Positions 48,173-56,492 of a stretch of DNA of 64,000 nucleotides are shown here, one piece after another. Within the stretch, counting starts at the first letter, position 1, and each line of letters starts with the position of its first letter. The stretch covers positions 1 through 64,000 of the forward strand of contig CAYWJO010000001.1 in NCBI GenBank assembly GCA_964458565.1, given 5' to 3'. This DNA comes from an uncultured archaeon. GTDB lineage: Archaea; Asgardarchaeota; Thorarchaeia; Thorarchaeales; Thorarchaeaceae. Made by a program: the position numbers and the translations under genes. The notes below the pieces were generated by a model. It made no database searches. It saw only the letters and a program-made list of their open reading frames with translations, and was not told where the DNA came from.

Positions 48173-48537
48173 TAATGGAGAATGCTGAGAAAAAAATCCG
48201 TAATATCGGAATTCCAAATGTGGACCCACCAGAAAATATCTGCGATGATAAGTTGTGTCCATTCCATGGAAGTCTTCCTGTTAGAGGACGAGTTATGGAG
48301 GGAATAGTCACCAGCACGAAGATGCAGAGAACCATCACATACCAGATGGACTATCTGAGTCTTGTGAAGAAATACTCACGTTATGAAAGAAGAAGGTCAA
48401 AGAAACACGCACACTTACCGCCTTGCATTGAGGTGGGAGTAGGAGATATGGTGAAAGTAGTGGAATGCAGACCCATAAGCAAGACCGTATCTAGCGTTGT
48501 CGTTGCGGTTACGAAGAACCCATCTAAGGAGGAATAA
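48166..48537 (+). CDS. rps17: Ribosomal protein uS17
   Basis: 'CPFHG.L.VRG', 'KYSRYERR', 'ECRPISKT'. Confidence 0.96.
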   Translation: MVIMENAEKKIRNIGIPNVDPPENICDDKLCPFHGSLPVRGRVMEGIVTSTKMQRTITYQMDYLSLVKKYSRYERRRSKKHAHLPPCIEVGVGDMVKVVECRPISKTVSSVVVAVTKNPSKEE

Positions 48538-48540
48538 GCC

Positions 48541-48963
48541 ATGTCAAGAAAGGTCGGAAGAGGTATTCGAAAGTTCATACCAAGAATTGCACGTGGATTA
48601 CCTGTTGGTGCAAAGATATTATGTGCTGATAATTCAGGAGCTCGAGAGCTCAAACTGCTTACAGTATTTGGATACAAAGGCAAACTACGTAAGTTGGGAA
48701 AAGCTGGAATTGGCGATCGGGTTAATGTCACTGTTACTAAAGGAAAACAAGAACTAAGAAAACAGGTCCTGCAAGCAATCATTGTTAGACAGAAACAACC
48801 CTATAGAAGACCTGATGGAACATGGATGCAGTTTGAAGATAATGCTGCGGTTCTGATAAAACCTGGAGGAGAGCCGCAAGGATCAGAACTGAGAGGACCA
48901 ATGGCAAGAGAAGTCACTCTAAAGTGGCCTCGCGTTGCAGCTATTGCCTCCAAGATAGTCTGA
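48541..48963 (+). CDS. rpl14: Ribosomal protein uL14
   Basis: 'CADNSGA', 'FEDNAAV'. Confidence 0.97.
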   Translation: MSRKVGRGIRKFIPRIARGLPVGAKILCADNSGARELKLLTVFGYKGKLRKLGKAGIGDRVNVTVTKGKQELRKQVLQAIIVRQKQPYRRPDGTWMQFEDNAAVLIKPGGEPQGSELRGPMAREVTLKWPRVAAIASKIV

Positions 48964-48974
48964 GGTTGATAAGA

Positions 48975-49361
48975 ATGACAAAGAAAGTCAGTTCAAAGGC
49001 CCCACGAAAACAAAGGCGTAGTATTCGTAATGATCCGATACATGCCAATAAGAAACGACTCCGTTGCAAGCTTGATGAATTCCTAGCAGAAGAGCATGGT
49101 ATCAAATCTCTAGTAATCAAGAAGGGGGACCTTGTAAGAGTTATGAGAGGACAATTCAGGGACACTGAAGGTACAGTAACACGTGTCAGTTATGGAAAAG
49201 CACGTGTCTATGTGGATAGTGCTACAACAACAAAAGCAGATGGGAAGGAAGCAAACATACCTATTCATCCATCCAATCTTTTGATTGTGAAGCTATCTAT
49301 GAATGATGACAGAAAAAGAGCCATTGCGAAAAAAGCGATGACTGTAGTGGAGAGTGAGTAG
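48975..49361 (+). CDS. rpl24: Ribosomal protein uL24
   Basis: 'PRKQR', KOW 'GDLVRVMRG', 'IHPSN'; start moved to ATG 48975. Confidence 0.95.
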   Translation: MTKKVSSKAPRKQRRSIRNDPIHANKKRLRCKLDEFLAEEHGIKSLVIKKGDLVRVMRGQFRDTEGTVTRVSYGKARVYVDSATTTKADGKEANIPIHPSNLLIVKLSMNDDRKRAIAKKAMTVVESE

Positions 49362-50111
49362 ATGGCAAGACGAGGAATAAAAAAACATCTGAAGCGTTTA
49401 CCAGCACCAAAGCATTGGCCAATTAAAAGGAAAATGGCGAAGTTTACCACAAAACCACGTCCTGGTCCCCATGCCAAAGAAGATTGCTTCACATTGGCAG
49501 TCGTTCTGAGAGAGGTTTTAGGCCATGCAGAAATAATGCGAGAGGCCAAAGCCATACTCTCTAGTGGTCAAGTAGTAGTTGATGGTAGAATTAGAAAAGA
49601 TCCAAGATATCCTGTGGGAATAATGGATGTTATTGAGATTAAAAACGAAGGCGTATTGTACAGAATTCTTCCAAAGCAGAAAGGTGGACTCAGACTTCAC
49701 CAAATCAAAGAAACAGAAAGCAAATTCAAACTCTGCAGAGTCGAAAAGAAGATGATGACTCATGGAGGAAGATTGCAGATGACACTGCATGATGGGAGAA
49801 ATGTATTACTTCCTAAGGAGCAAAAAACATCCGAATATACAACCCTTGATACATTAAAGATTTCGTTGCCTGATCAGGAGGTACTTGGAAAAATATCACT
49901 TAAAGAAGGAGCTATTGCTCTTGTGACAAAAGGGAGAAACGTGGGAATCCAAGGTAAGATTGTAGAAATTAATCGCAGATTTGGAACCCATGCAAGCACG
50001 GTTACGATAGAGGATTCTGGTGGCGAAAGACTTCAAACTGCACTTGAATATGTCTTCGTCGTTGGAGAGAACAAACCAGAAATTGATCTTGGAGAGGGAG
50101 GTGTTTCTTAA
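49362..50111 (+). CDS. rps4e: Ribosomal protein eS4
   Basis: 'HLKRL.AP.HW', 'PGPH', 'LHDGRN'. Confidence 0.97.
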   Translation: MARRGIKKHLKRLPAPKHWPIKRKMAKFTTKPRPGPHAKEDCFTLAVVLREVLGHAEIMREAKAILSSGQVVVDGRIRKDPRYPVGIMDVIEIKNEGVLYRILPKQKGGLRLHQIKETESKFKLCRVEKKMMTHGGRLQMTLHDGRNVLLPKEQKTSEYTTLDTLKISLPDQEVLGKISLKEGAIALVTKGRNVGIQGKIVEINRRFGTHASTVTIEDSGGERLQTALEYVFVVGENKPEIDLGEGGVS

Positions 50112-50704
50112 TGAGCGCATCAGATGAAGTACCATTACCTAACACAAACCTGTACAAAGCAGACTGGCAAGCTTATCCAATGCGGATGCCAAAGATAGAG
50201 AAAGTCGTTATTGATATCTGTACTGGAGGAGGCGAATCACTTGATAGAGCTTCAACAATTCTACAACAATTAACAGGACAGACTCCAAGCCAATCAAGAG
50301 CAAGACAGACTGTCCGAGATTTTGGTATTCGTAGAAAAGAACCAATAGCTGTCAGAGTTACACTTAGACATGGTCATGCTGAGAGCTTCCTACGTAGGGC
50401 TCTTGAGGCAAAGGACAAGATTCTACTAATTAAGAACTGGGATGATGATGGTAACTTTGCATTCGGAATCAATGAGCATATTGACATTCCAGATGTAAAA
50501 TACGATCCTCAACTTGGTATTCAGGGAATGAATATCACAGTGTGTGTAGAACGACCAGGCAATCGTGTAAAACGTAGGCGAAAATGTAGGACAAAAGTGC
50601 CTTACAGACATCGCATGACTCCGGAAGAGAGTATGGTCTTCATCAAAGACAAATTCGGTGTAGAGATACTTGAGAAGGAACGTGAGCGGACATACCTATT
50701 TTGA
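50111..50704 (+). CDS. rpl5: Ribosomal protein uL5
   Basis: 'DFGIR..EPI...VTLR', 'YDPQLGI.GM'. Confidence 0.96.
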   Translation: MSASDEVPLPNTNLYKADWQAYPMRMPKIEKVVIDICTGGGESLDRASTILQQLTGQTPSQSRARQTVRDFGIRRKEPIAVRVTLRHGHAESFLRRALEAKDKILLIKNWDDDGNFAFGINEHIDIPDVKYDPQLGIQGMNITVCVERPGNRVKRRRKCRTKVPYRHRMTPEESMVFIKDKFGVEILEKERERTYLF

Positions 50705-50715
50705 GGTGAGTTAGT

Positions 50716-50883
50716 ATGAGTAAGAAAGAAGGAACTAGACAACGAAAGAAAATGGGTAAAGGAAATCGAAGATGTCTCCGTTGTGGAACACATCAGGCAA
50801 TCATCCGTTCATATGGACTTTACATGTGCAGACGCTGTTTTAGGGAAACAGCCGTGAAAATGGGATTCCGAAAATATAGTTAG
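50716..50883 (+). CDS. rps14: Ribosomal protein uS14 (Zn-binding)
   Basis: Hand translation [24 protein letters not shown]...[12 protein letters not shown]...MGFRKYS; GAGGTGA SD. Confidence 0.96.
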   Translation: MSKKEGTRQRKKMGKGNRRCLRCGTHQAIIRSYGLYMCRRCFRETAVKMGFRKYS

Positions 50884-50898
50884 GAGGTCCTTGAAAAT

Positions 50899-51291
50899 AT
50901 GACGTTATTAGATCCACTGGCTGATGCGATGTCAAGCATCTACAACAGTGAACTTGTTGGTAAACCCGAAGTACTAATCACACCAGCATCCAGTATAATT
51001 GAGAGAGTTCTGCGCGTTATGCAGATAAACGGCTACATAGGGGAATTCGAAAAGATTGATGATGGAAAATCAGGTCGATTCAGAATTCAATTGATGGGGC
51101 GGACTAACAAATGTGGAGTGATTAAGCCAAGATTCCCAGTGAAACGTGACGGATTTGAAAAATTCGAGAAACGTTTCCTACCAGCCTATAACTACGGTAT
51201 TCTCATAGTCACAACACCCCAAGGAGTAATGACACACAAGGATGCTAGGTCTAAGGGTATCGGTGGTCGATTGCTTGCTTATGTATTCTAG
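50899..51291 (+). CDS. rps8: Ribosomal protein uS8
   Basis: 'DPLADA', 'GYIGEFE', 'GGRLLAYV'. Confidence 0.97.
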   Translation: MTLLDPLADAMSSIYNSELVGKPEVLITPASSIIERVLRVMQINGYIGEFEKIDDGKSGRFRIQLMGRTNKCGVIKPRFPVKRDGFEKFEKRFLPAYNYGILIVTTPQGVMTHKDARSKGIGGRLLAYVF

Positions 51292-51302
51292 GAGGTTAAA
51301 GA

Positions 51303-51866
51303 ATGTCCAAAGAAGCACTCTACGATAAACGGATTGAAATTCCAGAGGACGTTAGTGTCACTGTAGAAGGAAAAACTGTACAAGTCAGTGGAACTAAGGG
51401 TACTCTGGTGAAGACATTCCCAGAACCTCAAACCACGATAAATCTAGAAGGAAATGAGCTTGTCGCAGCGACATGGATAAACAGAAAACGGACTCGAGCT
51501 CTAGTTGGAACTGTCGTAGCTCATGTTAGAAACATGATAATTGGAGTTCAGCATGGTTATACGTATGAGATGAAAATTGTCTATAGTCACTTTCCAATAA
51601 CAGTAGAAATTCACGGCGAGATAGTGTATATCAAGAATTTCATTGGAGAGAGAGGAATAAGAAAAGCACGGCTTATTGGCAACGTGGATGTAAAAACCAC
51701 CGAAGATGAAGTAATCATTAGTGGAGTGGATATAGAGCACGTTTCACAGAGTGCAGCGAATATTCAGTTGGCAACCAAGATACGTGATAAAGACCGCCGA
51801 GTGTTCCTTGATGGCATCTATGTTATCAAGAAGAGATTGGGTGAGGAAGTAAAAACCATCGTATAG
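51303..51866 (+). CDS. rpl6: Ribosomal protein uL6
   Basis: 'YSHFP', 'NFIGER', 'DRRVFLDGIY'. Confidence 0.97.
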   Translation: MSKEALYDKRIEIPEDVSVTVEGKTVQVSGTKGTLVKTFPEPQTTINLEGNELVAATWINRKRTRALVGTVVAHVRNMIIGVQHGYTYEMKIVYSHFPITVEIHGEIVYIKNFIGERGIRKARLIGNVDVKTTEDEVIISGVDIEHVSQSAANIQLATKIRDKDRRVFLDGIYVIKKRLGEEVKTIV

Positions 51867-51878
51867 GAGGCGATATGA

Positions 51879-52892
51879 ATGTCCAAAAAACCAGAACTTG
51901 AAGATGTGCCAGGAATTGGCCCAAAAACGGCTGAAAGCCTCAGAGAAGCAGGATTTAAAACAGTAAAGAGTTTGGCAAAAACGGATCCTGCAAAATTGAT
52001 GGTGAAGGTAGAGGGGATTGGTGAAACAACTGCAAAACAGATAGTTGAAGAAGCCAAGAAACTCGTTCCTGAGGATAAACCAATACCCAAGAAAACTGAG
52101 AAACCGAAACCAGCTGAAACAAAGAAGAAAGAGGTAAAGGAAAAACCTGAGAAACCAAAGAAGGTCGAATTGACGGATGTTCCAGGTGTCGGACCAAAAA
52201 CCGCTGACAATCTTAGGGATGCGGGATTCAAGACCGTGGCAAGTCTTGCAAAAACAGATGTTGCTAAGCTAGTGTCAAAAGTAGACGGGATTGGTGAAAC
52301 ACTAGCAACTCAAATAATAGAAGAAGCAAGAAAGTTAGCTCCTGTAGAGCCATCTGAGAAACCAAAAACACAGAAAAAGGCGGAATCCAAGAAGGAACCG
52401 ATTAAAAAGGTAAAGAAGAAAGAACCAAAAGAAGTGGATATTTCGACAAGAGAAACTCTTGTTGAAAAACGGCTTCTCCGCATTGCACAAGAGAAACGTA
52501 GAAGACAGCCAAAGTTCAGGCATGAACAGGCACATCGGTGGATCCGGATAAAGGATTCTTGGAGAAAAGTAAAAGGTATCGATAGCGCAACTCGAGAGAA
52601 ACGCAAAGGCCGTATTTCGATGGTGTCTGCGGGATATCGCAAACCAAAAGCAGTGAGAGGACTTCATCCATCATTATATGAAGAAGTACTTGTTCATAGA
52701 CCTGCAGATTTAGAAATACTCGACCCTGAAATTCATGCTGTCAGGATTGGAGGTTCAGTTGGTTTAAGAAAACGTCAAGAAATCATCAAAAAAGCTGATG
52801 CAATGCTTTTGCGTGTTCTAAACCCCGGAGTTCCAGAAGAAGTAGAAGAAGAAGAACTGTTTGCAGAGCTTGATGATTTGGAGGTTGATTAG
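51879..52892 (+). CDS. rpl32e: Ribosomal protein eL32 with two N-terminal helix-hairpin-helix modules
   Basis: C-terminal 'WRK.KGIDS..R', 'GYRKPKAVRGLHPS'; duplicated 'VPG(I/V)GPKTA..LR.AGF'. Confidence 0.92.
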   Translation: MSKKPELEDVPGIGPKTAESLREAGFKTVKSLAKTDPAKLMVKVEGIGETTAKQIVEEAKKLVPEDKPIPKKTEKPKPAETKKKEVKEKPEKPKKVELTDVPGVGPKTADNLRDAGFKTVASLAKTDVAKLVSKVDGIGETLATQIIEEARKLAPVEPSEKPKTQKKAESKKEPIKKVKKKEPKEVDISTRETLVEKRLLRIAQEKRRRQPKFRHEQAHRWIRIKDSWRKVKGIDSATREKRKGRISMVSAGYRKPKAVRGLHPSLYEEVLVHRPADLEILDPEIHAVRIGGSVGLRKRQEIIKKADAMLLRVLNPGVPEEVEEEELFAELDDLEVD

Positions 52893-52893
52893 A

Positions 52894-53346
52894 ATGAAGC
52901 TCACTACACAAAAGAGACTAGCCGCAGCAGTAATGAAAGTCGGGGAATCAAGAGTATGGATTGATCCCGAATTCTTAGATGAAGTAAGTCTCGCAATTAC
53001 AAAAGAGGACATTAGACGTCTTATAGATGAAGGAGCAATCCAAAAGAAACCTGTACAAGGCGTAAGCAGAGGCCGAGCTCGATTCATACTGCGTCAGAAA
53101 CGAAAAGGACAGAGGCAAGGACCAGGTAGGAAAAAAGGTAAGGCTACTTCCAAACTCTCAAAGAAAGAACGCTGGATGCATAAAATACGACCTCTAAGAA
53201 AAGAATTGAGAGGTCTTAGAGATGATGGACGCATAACACGCCGAGTATACAGAGAACTCTATCTCAAAGCAAAAGGAAATGCGTTCCGAAACAAAGCACA
53301 CCTCAGAACGTACATATCTGAGCAAAGGTTGGAGGTGAAGAAATAA
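52894..53346 (+). CDS. rpl19e: Ribosomal protein eL19
   Basis: 'QKRLAA', 'RVWIDP', 'GPGRKKG'; start moved to ATG 52894. Confidence 0.96.
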   Translation: MKLTTQKRLAAAVMKVGESRVWIDPEFLDEVSLAITKEDIRRLIDEGAIQKKPVQGVSRGRARFILRQKRKGQRQGPGRKKGKATSKLSKKERWMHKIRPLRKELRGLRDDGRITRRVYRELYLKAKGNAFRNKAHLRTYISEQRLEVKK

Positions 53347-54101
53347 TGGCACAAGGTCCAACATACAGGGTCAAATTCAGAAGACGAAGAGAAGGTAAGA
53401 CAAACTACTATCGACGGCAGAGATTACTCAGCTCTAGACAATCACGTCTTGTGATAAGAAAGACGAACACCAGAATCATAGCACAGATTATCAACGCCAA
53501 GGTTACTGGAGATGTAACAGTAGCTTCTGCAATATCTTCAGAGCTTGGAGATTATGGTTGGATAGCTGGAACAGGAAATCTTCCATCATCTTACCTCACA
53601 GGGTTCTTACTAGGACTAAGAGCATCTGCAAGGGGTATAGATAATGCGGTCTTGGATATAGGACTTCATCCTCCAACAAAAGGTTCCAGAATCTATGCTG
53701 CTCTTAAAGGCGTGATTGATGCTGGAATGAATATTCCGCACAATGAGGAAATATTGCCAGATGAATCAAGACTGAGTGGCGAACATATAGTTGAAGCATT
53801 CAAACACTTTTCAGATGATAAGGATTCAAGAATGTTTTCAGATCTCGGAAAGAAGAAGACTACTATTACTGGGATACCCAAACAATTTCAAACTGTGAAA
53901 GCTACACTTCTTGAGATTCCAAAAGCAGAACTAAAGAAAAAGAAAAAGACCAAACCAACTAAGACAGAAACAAAGCCTAAGAAAACCAAAACGATTAGAG
54001 AAAAACCTGAACAGAAGCCTCCTCGTGCTATACCTAGGAAGCCTAAACCCAAGAAGTTGATTGCTCGTGGTAAGGGTAAGAAAGGAAAGAGGAGAAAGTG
54101 A
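53346..54101 (+). CDS. rpl18: Ribosomal protein uL18 with Lys-rich tail
   Basis: 'RRRREGKTNY', 'YLTG', 'LDIGL'. Confidence 0.96.
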   Translation: MAQGPTYRVKFRRRREGKTNYYRRQRLLSSRQSRLVIRKTNTRIIAQIINAKVTGDVTVASAISSELGDYGWIAGTGNLPSSYLTGFLLGLRASARGIDNAVLDIGLHPPTKGSRIYAALKGVIDAGMNIPHNEEILPDESRLSGEHIVEAFKHFSDDKDSRMFSDLGKKKTTITGIPKQFQTVKATLLEIPKAELKKKKKTKPTKTETKPKKTKTIREKPEQKPPRAIPRKPKPKKLIARGKGKKGKRRK

Positions 54102-54113
54102 GGGTGAATCATT

Positions 54114-54791
54114 ATGAGTAATAGAAGAAAACGGAGAGCACCACGTGCCGAATCAGATCCTCTTGCGGAATGGATTCCCAAGACGCATCTTGGGAAAATG
54201 GTCAAAGAGGGCCATGTCAATAGTTTGGAAGAGATATTTCTAAACAACTATGTGATTCGAGAAGCAGAGATCGTTGACACACTCTTTCCAGAACTTCGCC
54301 AAGAGGTAGTGGATGTAACTATGGTCCAACGTCAGTCTGACAGTGGTCAGCAGAAAAGCTTCAGAGTCACCGTTGTAGTTGGTAATGGTGAGGGAGTCAT
54401 TGGTGTTGGTATTGGAAAAGCTCCCGAATTCGTACCAGCTGTACGTTCAGCTGAAGTACGTGCAAAAATGAATATCACACTCTTCCGAAGAGGTTGTGGT
54501 TCTTGGGAATGCAGGTGTAATGATCCACACAGCATTCCATTCCAAGTGAAAGGTAACTCAGGTTCTGTCAATATAACTCTTCGTCCTGCACCAAAAGGGA
54601 CTGGACTAGTAACAGCGGATGTTGGTAAAACTGTGCTTAGAATAGCAGGACTACATGATGTCTGGTCAATAACTAAGGGAAGATCAAGAACATCGTCAAA
54701 TTTTGCTAAAGCATTTGTTGATGCCCTGACAAAGACCTACCATATGCTACCACCTCAAGAATGGCAAAGTACAGGAGTTGTTGAGTCATGA
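54114..54791 (+). CDS. rps5: Ribosomal protein uS5
   Basis: 'WIPKT.LG', 'RGCGSWEC', 'PAPKGTGL'. Confidence 0.97.
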   Translation: MSNRRKRRAPRAESDPLAEWIPKTHLGKMVKEGHVNSLEEIFLNNYVIREAEIVDTLFPELRQEVVDVTMVQRQSDSGQQKSFRVTVVVGNGEGVIGVGIGKAPEFVPAVRSAEVRAKMNITLFRRGCGSWECRCNDPHSIPFQVKGNSGSVNITLRPAPKGTGLVTADVGKTVLRIAGLHDVWSITKGRSRTSSNFAKAFVDALTKTYHMLPPQEWQSTGVVES

Positions 54792-55270
54792 GCTCTGATG
54801 AAAAAGTAATCCTTGCAATAAGAGTAAGGGGACAGGTAAGTGTCCGACCACAGATAGAAGACACTCTCAATAAACTCAAGCTTGGCAGACTTCATCAAGC
54901 TAGGTTATTGAAGATGACTCCGAGCATTCAAGGCATGGTCATCAAATCAAAAGACTACATTACTTGGGGTGAGGTCGATGAACATGTTGTAGAACAACTA
55001 GTGCAAAAGAGAGGGCGAATATCTGGAAACGATCGAGTGACAGATGCATACATCAAAGCAAATTCTGGTTTCAAGAGTATCAAGGATTTCGCAAAGGCGC
55101 TTACATCAGGAAACGCATCCACAAGTGATGTCGAAGGTCTCAAACCAGTATTCAGATTACACCCTCCAAAGAAAGGATACAAAGGCAAGCGAAACCTGCC
55201 TGTAGGTATGGGCGGAGTCACAGGTTATAGAGGCACAAGCATAAATGAACTCGCAATTAAAATGATATGA
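54788..55270 (+). CDS. rpl30: Ribosomal protein uL30
   Basis: 'IRVRG', 'YITWGE', 'FRLHPP.KG'. Confidence 0.96.
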   Translation: MSSDEKVILAIRVRGQVSVRPQIEDTLNKLKLGRLHQARLLKMTPSIQGMVIKSKDYITWGEVDEHVVEQLVQKRGRISGNDRVTDAYIKANSGFKSIKDFAKALTSGNASTSDVEGLKPVFRLHPPKKGYKGKRNLPVGMGGVTGYRGTSINELAIKMI

Positions 55271-55280
55271 GGTGTTATAG

Positions 55281-55832
55281 TTGTCTTGGGACGATCCAAT
55301 TGATGATCCATTTGATGATGATCCACGTCGCCAACTTCGTAAATGGTTGGGCGATTTTCTACCTGAGTCTGTTTTTGACCAGATTGAAGAAATGATGGAA
55401 CGAATGCTGAGTGAAATAGGTCAAGGTGGAGTGTTTGATAAGGATACTCTTGATGAACTCATGAGAAACCCACAGGGCACGATGCCATTCATGTGGGGTT
55501 TTCAGATGCGAGTAGGACCCGATGGAAAGCCAATGATTCAACAATTCGGTAACGCCCATCCTGGTGAAGGAGGGACTGAACTCACATCACATTTAGAGCC
55601 ATTGGTAGATGTCATTGAAGAGAATGGTGACATAGTTGTTGTAGCTGAACTACCTGGGGTTGAGAAGGACGAAATCAAGGTCAGAGTAAAGGGAATGACT
55701 CTGACAATTGATGTTGACAACCCATCAAAACCATATCATAAGACAGTTGAATTACCAACCAAAGTCCAGAAAGAAGAAGCAAAATCATCAATCAGAAACG
55801 GTGTACTAGAAGTCCGACTGAAAAGAGCATAG
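55281..55832 (+). CDS. hsp20: Small heat-shock protein (archaeal Hsp20)
   Basis: 'GPDGKP..QQFGN', 'EPLVDV', 'AELPGV.K', 'NGVLEV'; GAGGTG SD overlapping the uL30 stop. Confidence 0.92.
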   Translation: MSWDDPIDDPFDDDPRRQLRKWLGDFLPESVFDQIEEMMERMLSEIGQGGVFDKDTLDELMRNPQGTMPFMWGFQMRVGPDGKPMIQQFGNAHPGEGGTELTSHLEPLVDVIEENGDIVVVAELPGVEKDEIKVRVKGMTLTIDVDNPSKPYHKTVELPTKVQKEEAKSSIRNGVLEVRLKRA

Positions 55833-55848
55833 AATAGAGTTGAATATC

Positions 55849-56304
55849 ATGACAATAAAACGAAAACCCAAAAAAATCAACAAAATGAGAGGGAGAAGGT
55901 CTGCCGGATATGGTTTCAGTGCAGGACATAGAGCCTCAGGTCAACGTGGTGGAAAGGGTAACGCAGGTTCTAAGAAACATCACTATCTCAAAGTGATTGC
56001 TGAAGATCCTAATTACTTTGGAAAACATGGTTTTAAACGTCCTCAAAAGCTCCTTGCGGAAATTGTCGCGATCAACATTGGAGAGATAGACAGCTCTGCG
56101 GACGTACTGGTTGAACGAGGTCTTGCTGAGATGAAGGGGAAGAGATACATGATTGATGTATCAAAACTAGGGATTGACAAAATTCTTGGGTCTGGAAAAG
56201 TCACTAGGAAAATGGATCTCACCGGAGTCAACGCTATAACTGCACAAGCCCGTGAAAAAATAACTGGCATTGGCGGTACAATAGACCTGCCAGTAGATAA
56301 GTAA
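55849..56304 (+). CDS. rpl15: Ribosomal protein uL15
   Basis: 'RGGKGNAG.KKH', 'FGKHGF', 'KILGSG'. Confidence 0.95.
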   Translation: MTIKRKPKKINKMRGRRSAGYGFSAGHRASGQRGGKGNAGSKKHHYLKVIAEDPNYFGKHGFKRPQKLLAEIVAINIGEIDSSADVLVERGLAEMKGKRYMIDVSKLGIDKILGSGKVTRKMDLTGVNAITAQAREKITGIGGTIDLPVDK

Positions 56305-56319
56305 TTCTTACATCTGACG

Positions 56320-56483
56320 CTCTGAATCAGTTTCAGGAACGTCTTCCTACTTGAAGATAGCATAGAATCTTCTAATGAACGCCATTGCTTCCAAGCAGAA
56401 CCTGAAATTAGTGGAGGAATCTAATCTGCTTGTGGGTTGGTTCAATTTTCATGAAGTAAAAGGCATATACTTTGAACAACCAC
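56320..56483 (+). promoter_or_regulatory. Structured intergenic RNA upstream of secY
   Basis: AGTTTCAGG/CCTGAAATT helix enclosing three hairpins, then a second long hairpin. Confidence 0.45.
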
Positions 56484-56492
56484 TAGTCTTAA

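Noticed and set aside
56448-56478. Eukaryote-like SECIS (ATGA…AAA…TGA)
   Set aside because: The helix above the putative GA quartet is only 4-5 bp, and neither uL15 nor secY has an in-frame TGA
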